From contig NZ_CADAJR010000002.1 of NCBI RefSeq assembly GCF_902788255.1, forward strand, positions 54,962-86,961: a DNA stretch of 32,000 bases, written 5' to 3'. The notes below the pieces were generated by a model, which searched no databases, was not told the DNA's origin, and was given only the letters and a program-made list of their open reading frames with translations. Below are positions 1 through 9,969 of this stretch, one piece after another. Positions within the stretch are counted from its first letter, which is position 1. Each line of letters opens with the position of its first letter. This stretch comes from an uncultured Methanobrevibacter sp. (GTDB taxonomy: Archaea; Methanobacteriota; Methanobacteria; Methanobacteriales; Methanobacteriaceae). Made by a program: the position numbers and the translations under genes.

Positions 1-504
1 GGAAAATACAACATTTCCACAGGTGTTAACTTCTTCAACCACATGCTCGAATCATTTTCCAAACATTCCATGATCGATTTGGATGTGGTGGCTGAAGGGG
101 ATATAGAAATCGATGACCATCACACCATAGAGGATGTTGGAATACTTCTGGGTGAGGTGTTTCTTGAGGCCATAGGAGATAAGAAGGGCATCAAGAGGAT
201 GGCACATGCAATAGTTCCGATGGATGAATCAGTCTCCACTGTGGCAATCGACATAAGTGGCCGCAGCTACTGCAATATGGATTTAAAGTTCAAGAACGAG
301 AAAATAGGAGACATGACATCTGATATTGTAATTCATTTCTTCGAGTCATTTGCATCTTCAGCAAAATTGAACATTTATGGTACAGTCGAAGGGGCAAACG
401 ATCATCACAAGGCAGAAGCTGTTTTTAAAGCATTTGCAAAGGCCTTGAAAGAAGCTATTAAAATAGAACATGATCAGATTCCTTCTACAAAAGGCATATT
501 ATAG
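1..504 (+). CDS. hisB: Imidazoleglycerol-phosphate dehydratase (HisB), 5' end cut by the window edge
   Basis: Frame 1 is open from base 1 ([19 protein letters not shown]...) and continuous with the 43..504 ORF. It carries the IGPD metal-binding signatures D-x-HH-x-x-E ([11 protein letters not shown]) and HH-x-x-E ([12 protein letters not shown]). Stop TAG is at 502-504. Confidence 0.9.
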   Translation, partial: GKYNISTGVNFFNHMLESFSKHSMIDLDVVAEGDIEIDDHHTIEDVGILLGEVFLEAIGDKKGIKRMAHAIVPMDESVSTVAIDISGRSYCNMDLKFKNEKIGDMTSDIVIHFFESFASSAKLNIYGTVEGANDHHKAEAVFKAFAKALKEAIKIEHDQIPSTKGIL

Positions 505-529
505 CTAAATTATTAGCTATCTTTTTTTT
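501..529 (+). terminator. Hairpin plus T8 tract at the hisB stop
   Basis: ATAGCTAA (501-508), loop ATTA, TTAGCTAT (513-520) form a perfect 8-bp stem. It is followed by C and then eight T (522-529). Archaeal termination mainly needs the oligo-T tract. Confidence 0.5.
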
Positions 530-577
530 AATTTTTTTTAAAATCAGTGTATACTTTTTTTGGTGTTGGTTTGGCTT

Positions 578-613
578 AAAAAAAGAAAAATGAAAAAGTA
601 GCGATTAGCTACT
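578..613 (-). terminator. Hairpin plus T-rich tract downstream of mtd
   Basis: AGTAGC (597-602), loop GATTA, GCTACT (608-613) abut the mtd stop codon. On the minus strand the hairpin is followed by TTTTTCATTTTTCTTTTTTT (plus-strand A-runs 578-597). Confidence 0.4.
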
Positions 614-1440
614 TATTCTGGTTTTGAGATTAAGTCTGTTTTACAACCTGGGTTTCCTTCTTTCATGTGAGGGGTTCTTAAAACAGTATCATTTGCTTTT
701 TCAATGTCTCTAGCTTCTTGAGCTAATTTAGCAGCGCATGCAGCAATTTCGTGAGCAGCAGCTACTAAAGGAATGAAGTTTTCGTAACCTTTGGTCATGA
801 AACATCCTTTCATGTCTAAGTTAGCAACAGATCCAGCCATTTCGTATGCAGCAATAGCTTTTGCTTTTGCGTATGGGTTTGCGAATCCACCAGCTTCTGC
901 AGCTTTTTCAGCAGTAATAATGAGTTTAGGTAATTCGATTTCACCTGCTTCTGCTTGTGCGATTACGTCGTCAATGGTTTTTTGGACTAATCTTAATGCA
1001 CCGGTTTCTGCGAGTACTTTTAAGATGTCGGAGTTGAAAATAGCCATTTCAGTTGGGTCTAACCATTCTCTTTTTGCACCAATCATTGGGTCGGACATAA
1101 CGATGATGTAACCTAATCCTTGTTCATCCATTTCGTCTTTTTTACCTTTACCAGGTGCGTCACCGATGATAATAGCAGGTACATCTTTTTCAGATAATAA
1201 TTCTCTTGCTTTAGCTGGACCAGGTGCTCCTGGGTTTGGGCTAATGAAGATTGCGAAGTCAGGTTCGAAAGCGTCTATTTTAGGTACAACGTCTTCTACT
1301 TGTTCTGGGTTCATTTTTGCTCCAGATCCAAAGGTTCTGACATCAATATTTGGTCTGTCTGCTCTTTCGTCTAACAATAGGTCAATTACTGGTGAAGTAC
1401 CAATATTACCACTTTTAATAATAGCAATTTTAACTACCAT
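613..1440 (-). CDS. mtd: F420-dependent methylenetetrahydromethanopterin dehydrogenase (Mtd)
   Basis: 275-aa ORF. The N-terminus MVVKIAIIKSGNIGTSPVIDLLLDERADRPNIDV and the internal FISPNPGAPGPAKARELL and ANDTVLRTPH match the Mtd sequences of Methanobacteriales as I remember them. SD-like AAGGAGA lies 7 nt upstream of ATG 1440. Confidence 0.95.
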   Translation of the reverse strand: MVVKIAIIKSGNIGTSPVIDLLLDERADRPNIDVRTFGSGAKMNPEQVEDVVPKIDAFEPDFAIFISPNPGAPGPAKARELLSEKDVPAIIIGDAPGKGKKDEMDEQGLGYIIVMSDPMIGAKREWLDPTEMAIFNSDILKVLAETGALRLVQKTIDDVIAQAEAGEIELPKLIITAEKAAEAGGFANPYAKAKAIAAYEMAGSVANLDMKGCFMTKGYENFIPLVAAAHEIAACAAKLAQEARDIEKANDTVLRTPHMKEGNPGCKTDLISKPE

Positions 1441-1705
1441 AATTAAGTCTCCTTATTTGATATATAATTCTTTAATTAGAAAACTATTTAAATTTTATTA
1501 TTTGATAATTTTAATCAGTAATTAATTTTTTATATGAATATTGTTCATATCAATAAAGTTAATATTATAATATTGAATAATCTTCAATTATGACTAAAAA
1601 GATTGGTAGAAAAATTAATTTAAATTCTTTAATTTTGCCTAAAATCAACGTTTAAAAAAAGATTAATTTCACTGAAATGAAAGTTATTTTAAAAAAAATA
1701 GATAG

Positions 1706-1777
1706 TGGTTCCGACGAGACTCGAACTCGTGATCCCCTCCTTGTAAGGGAGGTATCATACCACTAGACCACGGAACC
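1706..1777 (-). tRNA. tRNA-Val (anticodon UAC)
   Basis: 72-nt cloverleaf read on the minus strand. Acceptor GGTTCCG/CGGAACC; D-arm GTCT-AGTGGTA-TGAT; anticodon stem CCTCC/GGAGG with loop CTTACAA (anticodon TAC). Variable loop is 5 nt; T-arm ACGAG-TTCGAGT-CTCGT; discriminator A; CCA is not encoded. TATA-like TTTATATA lies about 34 nt upstream (plus 1804-1811). A T8 run follows within 8 nt downstream (plus A-run 1691-1698). Confidence 0.9.
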
Positions 1778-1898
1778 AACAAACAATATTATGATTTTAT
1801 TAATATATAAACTTTTCCCTTATTGAAATTTTTGCTAAGAAAAATTTTATAAAATACAATAAATATATTAATTATTACAAAAAAATTGAAGTGATAAA

Positions 1899-2822
1899 AT
1901 GGCTTGGGATGACAAAGCAACAAAAGTTTGGTTTGACGGAGAATTCGTAGAATGGAAAGACGCAAATATATCAGTACTTTCACATGTAGTTCACTATGGA
2001 ACAAGTGTCTTTGAAGGTATTCGTGCATACTCTAATGAAAAAGGTATAGCAGTATACAGATTAGAGGAACACGTACAACGTTTATTTGACTCAGCAAAAA
2101 TTTACAAAATGGACATTCCATACACTCAGGAAGAAATCGCAGAAGCAATTCTCGAAACTGTTAGAGTAAATGACTTAGACGGCTGTTACATCCGCCCAAT
2201 CGTATTCAGAGGATACGGAGAACTTGGAGTTAATCCTTTAGGATGCCCTGTCAACGTTGCAATCGCAGCATGGGAATGGGGATCATACCTTGGTGAGGAA
2301 GGAATGGAAAACGGTGTGGACATTGGAGTGTCCTCCTGGAGAAAACCTGCACCTGACACTTTCCCGACACTTGCAAAATGTGGAGCAAACTACATGAACT
2401 CACAGCTTGCAAAGCTCGAAGCGCTCGACAACGGATTTGACGAGGCTATCATGCTGGATTATGAAGGCCATGTTTCTGAAGGTAGTGGAGAAAACATCTT
2501 CCTTGTAGAAGGTGACAAACTATACACTCCTACAATGGCATCATCCAACCTCAAAGGTATTACAAGGGATTCCATCATGACAATTGCCCGTGATTTAGGT
2601 TATGAAGTTATTGAAGAAACCATATCAAGAGAAAGACTGTACATCGCTGATGAAGTGTTCTTCACAGGAACCGCAGCTGAAGTAACTCCAATACGTTCTA
2701 TCGATCACAGAACTATCGGAATCGGTAAAAGAGGACCGGTTTCAGAAAAAATCCAAAAAGCATTCTTTGATATCGTAGAAGCAAAAACTGAAGACAAATA
2801 CGACTGGTTATCATACATCTAG
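1899..2822 (+). CDS. ilvE: Branched-chain amino acid aminotransferase (class IV aminotransferase)
   Basis: 307-aa ORF with typical BCAT blocks ([33 protein letters not shown]). Confidence 0.9.
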   Translation: MAWDDKATKVWFDGEFVEWKDANISVLSHVVHYGTSVFEGIRAYSNEKGIAVYRLEEHVQRLFDSAKIYKMDIPYTQEEIAEAILETVRVNDLDGCYIRPIVFRGYGELGVNPLGCPVNVAIAAWEWGSYLGEEGMENGVDIGVSSWRKPAPDTFPTLAKCGANYMNSQLAKLEALDNGFDEAIMLDYEGHVSEGSGENIFLVEGDKLYTPTMASSNLKGITRDSIMTIARDLGYEVIEETISRERLYIADEVFFTGTAAEVTPIRSIDHRTIGIGKRGPVSEKIQKAFFDIVEAKTEDKYDWLSYI

Positions 2823-2830
2823 GTGTGTTT

Positions 2831-3664
2831 ATGGATATACTTCAGGCAATTATAATCGGTATAGTTCAGGGATTGACAGAATTCCTGCCGGTTAGTAGTT
2901 CAGCACATTTGGTGTTCATTCAAAACATTTTGGGTGTTGAAAGCTCTCTTGCTTTTGACACATTCCTTCACCTGGGAACACTGATTGCTGTAGTGTGGTT
3001 CTTCAGATATGACATATACAAGATGATTCAGTCCTGGATTTTAAGTGTTCTTGATATCGTACAGGGAAGATTCAAGGAAGGATTCTATGAGGATCCATAC
3101 AAAAGGCTTGCATGGTATGTTATTCTTGCAACAATTCCTGTCGGTATTGTCGGGGTGCTCTTTGAAGATTCCGTTGATGCACTCTTTGCAGGCGCACTGT
3201 ACGTTCCGGCATTCTTCCTGTTTGTCACAGGAACAATACTGTACCTGTCCCAAAGGATGCCAAGCGGAAATGTCAATTACGATAACATTACCAAAAAGGA
3301 AGCACTGTTCATGGGATTGGGTCAGGCATGTGCAATCCTGCCGGGTCTTTCAAGGTCAGGTACAACAATCGCAGCTGGTTTAACAATAGGACTTGACAAG
3401 CAGTTTGCAGCAAAATTCAGTTTCATATTGTCAATTCCGGCAATTTTTGGAGCATTCCTTCTTCAGGTCGATGAAATAGGTGCTGCAATGGGTGCTAATT
3501 TCCTGCCTATATTTTTAGGATTCCTTGCATCTATCGTTGCAGGTTATATGGCTATCAAATGGATGCTTGATTTGATACAAAACAGAAATCTGGACATATT
3601 TTCCTATTACTGCTGGCTGGTTGGTATAATAGTGTTCATGGGCTCAATCGCTCATATTTTTTAG
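2831..3664 (+). CDS. uppP: Undecaprenyl-diphosphatase (UppP/BacA)
   Basis: Motifs GLTEFLPVSSSAHL and PGLSRSGTTI, with a polytopic hydrophobic sequence. ATG 2831 is preferred over the track's GTG 2825 because GGTG (2822-2825) lies 5 nt upstream of the ATG. Confidence 0.9.
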   Translation: MDILQAIIIGIVQGLTEFLPVSSSAHLVFIQNILGVESSLAFDTFLHLGTLIAVVWFFRYDIYKMIQSWILSVLDIVQGRFKEGFYEDPYKRLAWYVILATIPVGIVGVLFEDSVDALFAGALYVPAFFLFVTGTILYLSQRMPSGNVNYDNITKKEALFMGLGQACAILPGLSRSGTTIAAGLTIGLDKQFAAKFSFILSIPAIFGAFLLQVDEIGAAMGANFLPIFLGFLASIVAGYMAIKWMLDLIQNRNLDIFSYYCWLVGIIVFMGSIAHIF

Positions 3665-3699
3665 ATGTAATTCATTACATCTTTTAACTTTTTTTTTTT
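3664..3699 (+). terminator. Hairpin plus T11 tract downstream of uppP
   Basis: GATGTAAT (3664-3671), TC, ATTACATC (3674-3681) form an inverted repeat, followed by an 11-T run (3689-3699). Confidence 0.5.
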
Positions 3700-3740
3700 G
3701 AAAATTAGATTTTAAAAAAGATATTTGGTAACGGTCAGAT

Positions 3741-3773
3741 AAAAAAATAATGTTAGAGATTAAAATAATCTCT
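3741..3773 (-). terminator. Hairpin plus T7 tract downstream of the cobT-like gene
   Basis: On the minus strand AGAGAT-tatttta-ATCTCT (plus 3755-3773) overlaps the stop codon and is followed by a T7 run (plus A-run 3741-3747). Confidence 0.4.
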
Positions 3774-4836
3774 ATTTGCAAACTTTTTCTATTTTTCTTC
3801 TTAGCTTTTCAACGGAATTTCCAAGTACCAATGCGGTAAACATTGCTCCTCCGGCACCTGCACCTTCCTTTACAAATCCGACATTGTAGTTTTTAAGTCC
3901 CTCATGTTCGGACTCTTCAAATCTTGGATCAACGACATTTACTGTAATGTTGTCGTCAATTTGCTCTAGAATTCCAAACAGGTCTGCAGTTTCATCCGCT
4001 GCAACAAACACTGTTGTTGCCAGATTCAATCTTGAAAAGTCAAAGCTTGGCTGGATTGATTTTATTATTGCACATGATGCAGCCATCTGTGTTCCTCCGG
4101 CCAGTATTATCGGCACATCTGAACCAAGGACAAGTCCTGAAACTGCCGCAAGGGTCGGATCTCCTACCGCACCGATTGCCTGCATTGCATCAGCTTCACC
4201 AGGGGTTATTCCAGCATTTTTCAATCCTTCATCAACGGTTTTTGACTTTAAATCGTGAGGGTTGTGAGGCATGCTTCCGCTCACCTTTTCGTTCGCCTTG
4301 TAACCTAAAGCCTTAAGAACGCCCAGTGCTGTTGTTGTTCCTGCAGGTATGCTTTCTCCTATGATTAGCATTTCATGTCTTTGGGATAGTTCCGCACCCA
4401 AATCCTTTGCGTTTTCGAATATTTCCAGTGGGTTTAAAACGCCTTTACCTGTTCTTATATCTCTTCCGTATTCATTTCCGAAACTGACATAGTCAACATC
4501 GGGCTTGACTTCACTTCCAGCATCGATTATGACAAATGGGATATTAGCAAGCTGAAGCGCAGCCTTTGTAAGTCTTGCGGGGGTTGGAGCTGCAGCTCCG
4601 TCAACCACTGTTTCCGCTGCGGTATCGGTGCATCTTACCTCGCCCAATACCATGAATTCCACGTCTGCTGCAGGGGTAAATGGGGTCAGTTCAGCACTTG
4701 CTCCTGCACCGGATATTCCCTCGATTTTTGAGGTTTCAGTGGTTCCTATTGTAAGCAGAAATACAGCATCATCTTCCGCTTCCTGTAATTTTTCAATTAA
4801 TTCGGTTGAACCATAAGTTGTCACACCATCAATCAT
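3772..4836 (-). CDS. cobT: Archaeal CobT-like nicotinate-nucleotide:dimethylbenzimidazole phosphoribosyltransferase (UPF0284/TIGR00303 type)
   Basis: The N-terminal block FLLTIGTTETSKIEGISGAGASAELTPFTPAADVEF is characteristic of the archaeal UPF0284/CobT family as I recall it. ATG 4836 is preferred over the track's GTG 4845 because GGTGA (4842-4846, minus strand) lies 5 nt upstream of the ATG. The ATG overlaps the upstream gene's stop by 8 nt. Confidence 0.7.
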   Translation of the reverse strand: MIDGVTTYGSTELIEKLQEAEDDAVFLLTIGTTETSKIEGISGAGASAELTPFTPAADVEFMVLGEVRCTDTAAETVVDGAAAPTPARLTKAALQLANIPFVIIDAGSEVKPDVDYVSFGNEYGRDIRTGKGVLNPLEIFENAKDLGAELSQRHEMLIIGESIPAGTTTALGVLKALGYKANEKVSGSMPHNPHDLKSKTVDEGLKNAGITPGEADAMQAIGAVGDPTLAAVSGLVLGSDVPIILAGGTQMAASCAIIKSIQPSFDFSRLNLATTVFVAADETADLFGILEQIDDNITVNVVDPRFEESEHEGLKNYNVGFVKEGAGAGGAMFTALVLGNSVEKLRRKIEKVCK

Positions 4837-5326
4837 TGTTTTCACCTTGTTTTTTCAATAAATCAATAATAATCTTGTTCTGATTAATAATCTTTTTGTT
4901 TTGAAGCATGATTTTCTTTAACATTTCATCCTGTGACAGTTCATTGTCAGTCTTGAATGTCTTACCGTCTCTTGCTCTTGGAGGGATTTTAATTTCTTCT
5001 TTTGGCGGAAGTGAACTTTCTGCTTTTGGGGGTATGACTCCTCTTGAGGCGCTGTCTTCCCTTGAGACAAAATCAACATACCTGTGTGTCACCTTGTTTT
5101 TTCCTCTCTCGTCCAAAAGTTCCATAAGTCTTTCATCTACTTTATCGACACCAACAAGCATTTCCTGTTCCACTTCATGTATCAGCCTTTTCTGTATATT
5201 GTATGCATTGTAAATCGGTATTCCACGAGTGTTGCATTCGTTTTTGAAGTTCTCGGAGATGTTGATATCTCCAGTCAGTTGTTTTACTCTTTTTTGTTCC
5301 AAAGTATTCGCGCTATAAAATCCCAT
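4829..5326 (-). CDS. Hypothetical protein (165 aa): globular N-terminal half, Pro/charged linker, Asn/Lys/Ile-rich C-terminal helix
   Basis: Long ORF in the same direction as the cobT-like gene and translationally coupled to it (8-nt overlap). I recognise no family motif. The plus-strand ORFs here (4908..5213, 5084..5347) look like antisense artefacts. Confidence 0.6.
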   Translation of the reverse strand: MGFYSANTLEQKRVKQLTGDINISENFKNECNTRGIPIYNAYNIQKRLIHEVEQEMLVGVDKVDERLMELLDERGKNKVTHRYVDFVSREDSASRGVIPPKAESSLPPKEEIKIPPRARDGKTFKTDNELSQDEMLKKIMLQNKKIINQNKIIIDLLKKQGENND

Positions 5327-5396
5327 AACTTAACCTTTGTTTTTTGAAATTAAAAAATATTTTTATATTCTTAAGAATAATATACTAATTAATTAA

Positions 5397-7004
<1,608 letters not shown>

Positions 7005-7041
7005 TCTTTTTTTTAATTTTAACCGATAAATATTGATAATT

Positions 7042-7136
7042 ACGAAGTCGGAACAATTTTTCTAAATGAAGTCAATTTTACAAATTGAGGGCAATTTTAC
7101 GAATTAAATGCAATTTTTCAGTCTAAAAGCAACTTA
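7042..7136. repeat. Five phased copies of a degenerate 19-bp direct repeat, core CAATTTT(A/T)C
   Basis: CAATTTT occurs at 7054, 7073, 7092 and 7111, and CAACTTA at 7130, with spacing of exactly 19 bp each time. Every core is followed by (A/T)C and usually .AA. The array sits in the spacer downstream of kae1-bud32 and just upstream of the AT-rich promoter region of the small ORF at 7221. Confidence 0.65.
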
Positions 7137-7220
7137 TAAAACTTTAAATACTCTAAAATATAATTATACTGTATGAAGTTATCAAAATGGTAATTTCATA
7201 AAAAATAGGAGGTTTTATCG

Positions 7221-7310
7221 ATGGATAAAACTGAATTAGGAATAATCATTGCTATAATCAATTTGATTATAAATATATTGAAATTCCTAAACGATAAGAA
7301 CAAGAAGTGA
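7221..7310 (+). CDS. Candidate small hydrophobic peptide (29 aa, MDKTELGIIIAIINLIINILKFLNDKNKK)
   Basis: AGGAGGT (7207-7213) lies 7 nt upstream of ATG 7221. The peptide has one hydrophobic helix followed by a Lys-rich tail. It is below the size cut-off of the ORF track. There is no homology evidence. Confidence 0.35.
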   Translation: MDKTELGIIIAIINLIINILKFLNDKNKK

Positions 7311-7328
7311 TGAACATTTTCATCACTT
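7305..7328 (+). other. Perfect 10-bp hairpin overlapping the stop codon of the 29-codon ORF
   Basis: AAGTGATGAA (7305-7314), loop CATT, TTCATCACTT (7319-7328). The TGA stop (7308-7310) lies in the 5' arm. No T-run follows immediately; the next T6 is at 7374-7379. Confidence 0.5.
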
Positions 7329-7395
7329 CCATTATGCTTATCTATGTTTTAGACATTAATAAAACTTTCCATATTTTTTGAATTGGGGGTTTGTA

Positions 7396-7566
7396 ATGTT
7401 AAAACTATTTTTATGGTCACTAATTTTGATTAATGTAATGCTTGTATCAATATTAATCATCAAAACCTATAAAAATCCAAATTTAAAGAAGGATAAATTA
7501 AATATGGGGTTATTGTTACTACAAATAATCTTGATAATAGTTAACATCATGATTCAGATAATCTAA
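7396..7566 (+). CDS. Candidate small two-helix membrane protein (56 aa)
   Basis: ATG 7396 lies within the track ORF 7378..7566, and GGGGGT (7385-7390) is 5 nt upstream. Two hydrophobic segments are separated by the basic loop KTYKNPNLKKDK. There is no homology evidence, and AT-rich sequence can give Ile/Leu/Asn-rich ORFs by chance. Confidence 0.35.
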   Translation: MLKLFLWSLILINVMLVSILIIKTYKNPNLKKDKLNMGLLLLQIILIIVNIMIQII

Positions 7567-7633
7567 ATTTAGAGGATATGTTAATTTTTTTATATACTAA
7601 CCTTTAATAAAAATCATCATCATAACTAAATTT

Positions 7634-8185
7634 ATGATAACATTTATAACTGGTAACGAACATAAAGTAAAAGAAGCAGAGAATATTTTCAAAGATTACG
7701 GCATTGAACTTGAGCATATTGATTTAGGTTACGAAGAACCCCAAGGAACTCTTGAGGAAGTGGCCTTATCAGGCGCAAAATATGCTAGTCGTAAGCTTGA
7801 CAAACCTGTGATTGTAGAAGATGCTGGTTTATTCATTAAGGCTTTGAATGGATTTCCTGGAACATATTCACATTATGTTCAAGATACTATTGGAAACCAG
7901 GGAATTTTAAAGTTATTAACCGATACTGAAGACCGTTATGCCGAATTCAGGTCAGTTATTGGGTACTGTGCCCCCAATTCTGAGCCCAAGACTTTTTTAG
8001 GCAAGGTCGAAGGAGAAATCGCAGTTGAAGAAAGAGGAGATTTAGGTTTTGCTTTTGATCCGCTCTTTTATGTTCCAAGTCTCGACAAGACTTTCGGCGA
8101 ACTCACAACTGAAGAGAAAAACCAGTTTTCACATAGAAAAAATTCATTAAAGAAATTTATCGAATGGTATTCTAGTCAAGAGTAA
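7634..8185 (+). CDS. Non-canonical purine NTP pyrophosphatase (HAM1/RdgB/ITPase family)
   Basis: 183 aa with family blocks [34 protein letters not shown] and SHR. Confidence 0.9.
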   Translation: MITFITGNEHKVKEAENIFKDYGIELEHIDLGYEEPQGTLEEVALSGAKYASRKLDKPVIVEDAGLFIKALNGFPGTYSHYVQDTIGNQGILKLLTDTEDRYAEFRSVIGYCAPNSEPKTFLGKVEGEIAVEERGDLGFAFDPLFYVPSLDKTFGELTTEEKNQFSHRKNSLKKFIEWYSSQE

Positions 8186-8245
8186 CATTATTTTCTGTTT
8201 AATTGGGCTTATTTAATATTTAATAAATTTAAAGAGGTTTATATT

Positions 8246-8644
8246 ATGGCAAGACCAGAATGGGTAACTTACAGTGATGAAGAAATTGAAGAAATGATTT
8301 TAAAATTTAACAGAGAAGGTAAAAGTACTTCCGAAATCGGTATTATCTTAAGAGACCAATACGGAATCCCTTCAGTTAAAGATGTAACCGGTGAAAGAAT
8401 CACCCAAATCTTAAAAAGAAACGGTCAAGCTGGTGAATACCCAGAAGACTTAATGAACTTAATCAGAAGAGCAGTTAACATCAGAGATCACTTAGAAGAA
8501 AACCCAAAAGATTTACACTCCAGAAGAGGATTAACTATCATTGAAGCTAGAATCAGAAAATTAGCATCTTACTATGTAGGTGAAGGTGCACTTCCTGAAG
8601 GTTGGAGATATAATCCAAAAGAAGCAGCACTCCTTGTTAAATAG
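8246..8644 (+). CDS. rps15: 30S ribosomal protein S15 (uS15, S15P/S13e)
   Basis: 132 aa with PEWV...[38 protein letters not shown] and WRY.P..A.LLV. SD-like AGAGGT is upstream. Confidence 0.9.
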   Translation: MARPEWVTYSDEEIEEMILKFNREGKSTSEIGIILRDQYGIPSVKDVTGERITQILKRNGQAGEYPEDLMNLIRRAVNIRDHLEENPKDLHSRRGLTIIEARIRKLASYYVGEGALPEGWRYNPKEAALLVK

Positions 8645-8663
8645 GGCTAGTGAAGCTAGCAAT

Positions 8664-9968
8664 ATGCTTAAGGAGCATATTGACAATGATAGCGTTATAA
8701 GATTAATTTCTCATAACGATGCTGATGGTATATCAGCTGCAGCAGTTATAGCTAATGCTCTCAAAGAGGAAGGAGTTCAATTCCACACTTCAATAGTACC
8801 ACGTCTAAAGGAAGATATGGTAAATCAGCTCAGAAGTGAAAAATATGATTTATTTATATTTTCTGACATGGGAAGTCCATTCATTAAGGAATTCAACACC
8901 TATAAGCATGATGTTATAGTTGCTGACCACCACCAGGTGGATGGCACTGAATCCGAAAGCAATGTCATCCATATCAACCCTCATTTGTTTGGAATTGACG
9001 GAAGTCGTGATTTGTGCGGTGCAGGTACTGCATATCTCGCCGTTCGTGACCTGGACAAAAAACATTTCGCTTATTTTGCGCTTACCGGTGCATTTGGTGA
9101 CATGCAAGGTCAGGATGGTTTTACAGGTGTAAACAAACTTATTTTGGATGATGCCCTTGAAAGCGGCACTGTTGAAATTCATGAAGGATTGAAAATAGTG
9201 TCAAAGGCATCAGAACCTATATTCAAGTCACTTGCATATACTTTCTCACCTCCACTCCCTGGTATCAGCGGAGATTTGGAAGGTGCCCAGGAGTTTCTTG
9301 AAAAGATGAACCTGTCCTACGGCATTAAGTTCACAGACCTTGAGGATGAGGAAAAGGATCTTTTAAAGGAAGCTCTTATCAGCATTAACCCCGATATATT
9401 CGGAGACTGTTATACATTGCCTAAGGAAACTGCAGTGTTGCAGGACTTGGAGGAATACTCATATATTCTTGATGCATGTGGTAAGAACAAAAAACAAGGA
9501 TTGGGATTAAGCATTGCACTTGGAGAGCGTGATCAGGCTTTGGATACAGCTTTAAGGCTCCAGCGCCAGTACCGTGACCAGATAGTCAAGGGTCTTGAAT
9601 GGATCAAGCGTGAAGGTGCCCAGCAATTGAATGCTATCCAATATCTGTATTCCGAAGACAAGGTCCTCAAGGCAGTGATGGGTACAATTGCAAGTATCGG
9701 TTTGTCCGTCCAATTGCTGGACAATTCAAAACCGGTCATAGGAATGTCCCGTCTGCACAATGACATCAAGGTTTCCGGACGTACCACACGCCCTATGGTG
9801 GACAGTGGTGTGGATTTGGGCAAGGCTCTTAGGGACTCTTCAAACAACTTCATGGGAAATGGTGGAGGACATGACATTGCAGCTGGTGCGATGATACCGT
9901 ATGAGGCTAAAGATCAATTCCTACACTTAGTGGATGAGATGGTTGAATATCAGTTAAGTAATGATTAA
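8664..9968 (+). CDS. recJ: RecJ-like DHH/DHHA1 phosphoesterase (archaeal RecJ/GAN/Cdc45-like nuclease)
   Basis: DHH motifs [19 protein letters not shown] and VADHH, plus DHHA1 [12 protein letters not shown]. Start is set at ATG 8664 because the track ORF start (8580) lies inside rps15 in another frame. An rps15-recJ neighbourhood is a known conserved archaeal arrangement. Confidence 0.85.
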   Translation: MLKEHIDNDSVIRLISHNDADGISAAAVIANALKEEGVQFHTSIVPRLKEDMVNQLRSEKYDLFIFSDMGSPFIKEFNTYKHDVIVADHHQVDGTESESNVIHINPHLFGIDGSRDLCGAGTAYLAVRDLDKKHFAYFALTGAFGDMQGQDGFTGVNKLILDDALESGTVEIHEGLKIVSKASEPIFKSLAYTFSPPLPGISGDLEGAQEFLEKMNLSYGIKFTDLEDEEKDLLKEALISINPDIFGDCYTLPKETAVLQDLEEYSYILDACGKNKKQGLGLSIALGERDQALDTALRLQRQYRDQIVKGLEWIKREGAQQLNAIQYLYSEDKVLKAVMGTIASIGLSVQLLDNSKPVIGMSRLHNDIKVSGRTTRPMVDSGVDLGKALRDSSNNFMGNGGGHDIAAGAMIPYEAKDQFLHLVDEMVEYQLSND

Positions 9969-9969
9969 T

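Noticed and set aside
791-1525. Plus-strand ORFs 791..1111 and 1166..1525, opposite mtd
   Set aside because: They lie antisense to a confidently recognised, full-length mtd gene. Their Ser/Ala/Ile-rich translations have no motifs and look like mirror-frame artefacts.
1789-2028. Minus-strand 79-aa ORF spanning the tRNA/ilvE spacer and the ilvE start
   Set aside because: It overlaps the ilvE 5' end and the AT-rich promoter region. It has low-complexity Ile/Leu/Lys/Phe composition and no SD.
7042-7136. 19-bp repeat array as a CRISPR array or replication-origin ORB cluster
   Set aside because: The units are contiguous with no unique spacers, are only 19 bp long and number only five. There are no cas or cdc6/orc genes nearby. 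The motif does not resemble the ORB/mini-ORB elements I know.
7308-7314. GTGATGA as the C box of a C/D box sRNA
   Set aside because: No CTGA D box lies within the following ~70 nt, and there are no C'/D' elements. The sequence is better explained as one arm of the 10-bp hairpin at 7305-7328.
8246-8644. uS15 looks short at the N-terminus, lacking the basic MAR.H..KRG.SGS extension I recall in some archaeal S15 proteins
   Set aside because: There is a clean SD plus ATG and an in-frame stop just upstream, with no sign of truncation or frameshift. It is probably the natural lineage-specific short form. I cannot verify lengths without a database.
8580-8663. N-terminal extension of the RecJ-like ORF back to 8580
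   Set aside because: The extension overlaps the 3' end of rps15 in another frame. DHH-family similarity only begins after ATG 8664 ([22 protein letters not shown]).
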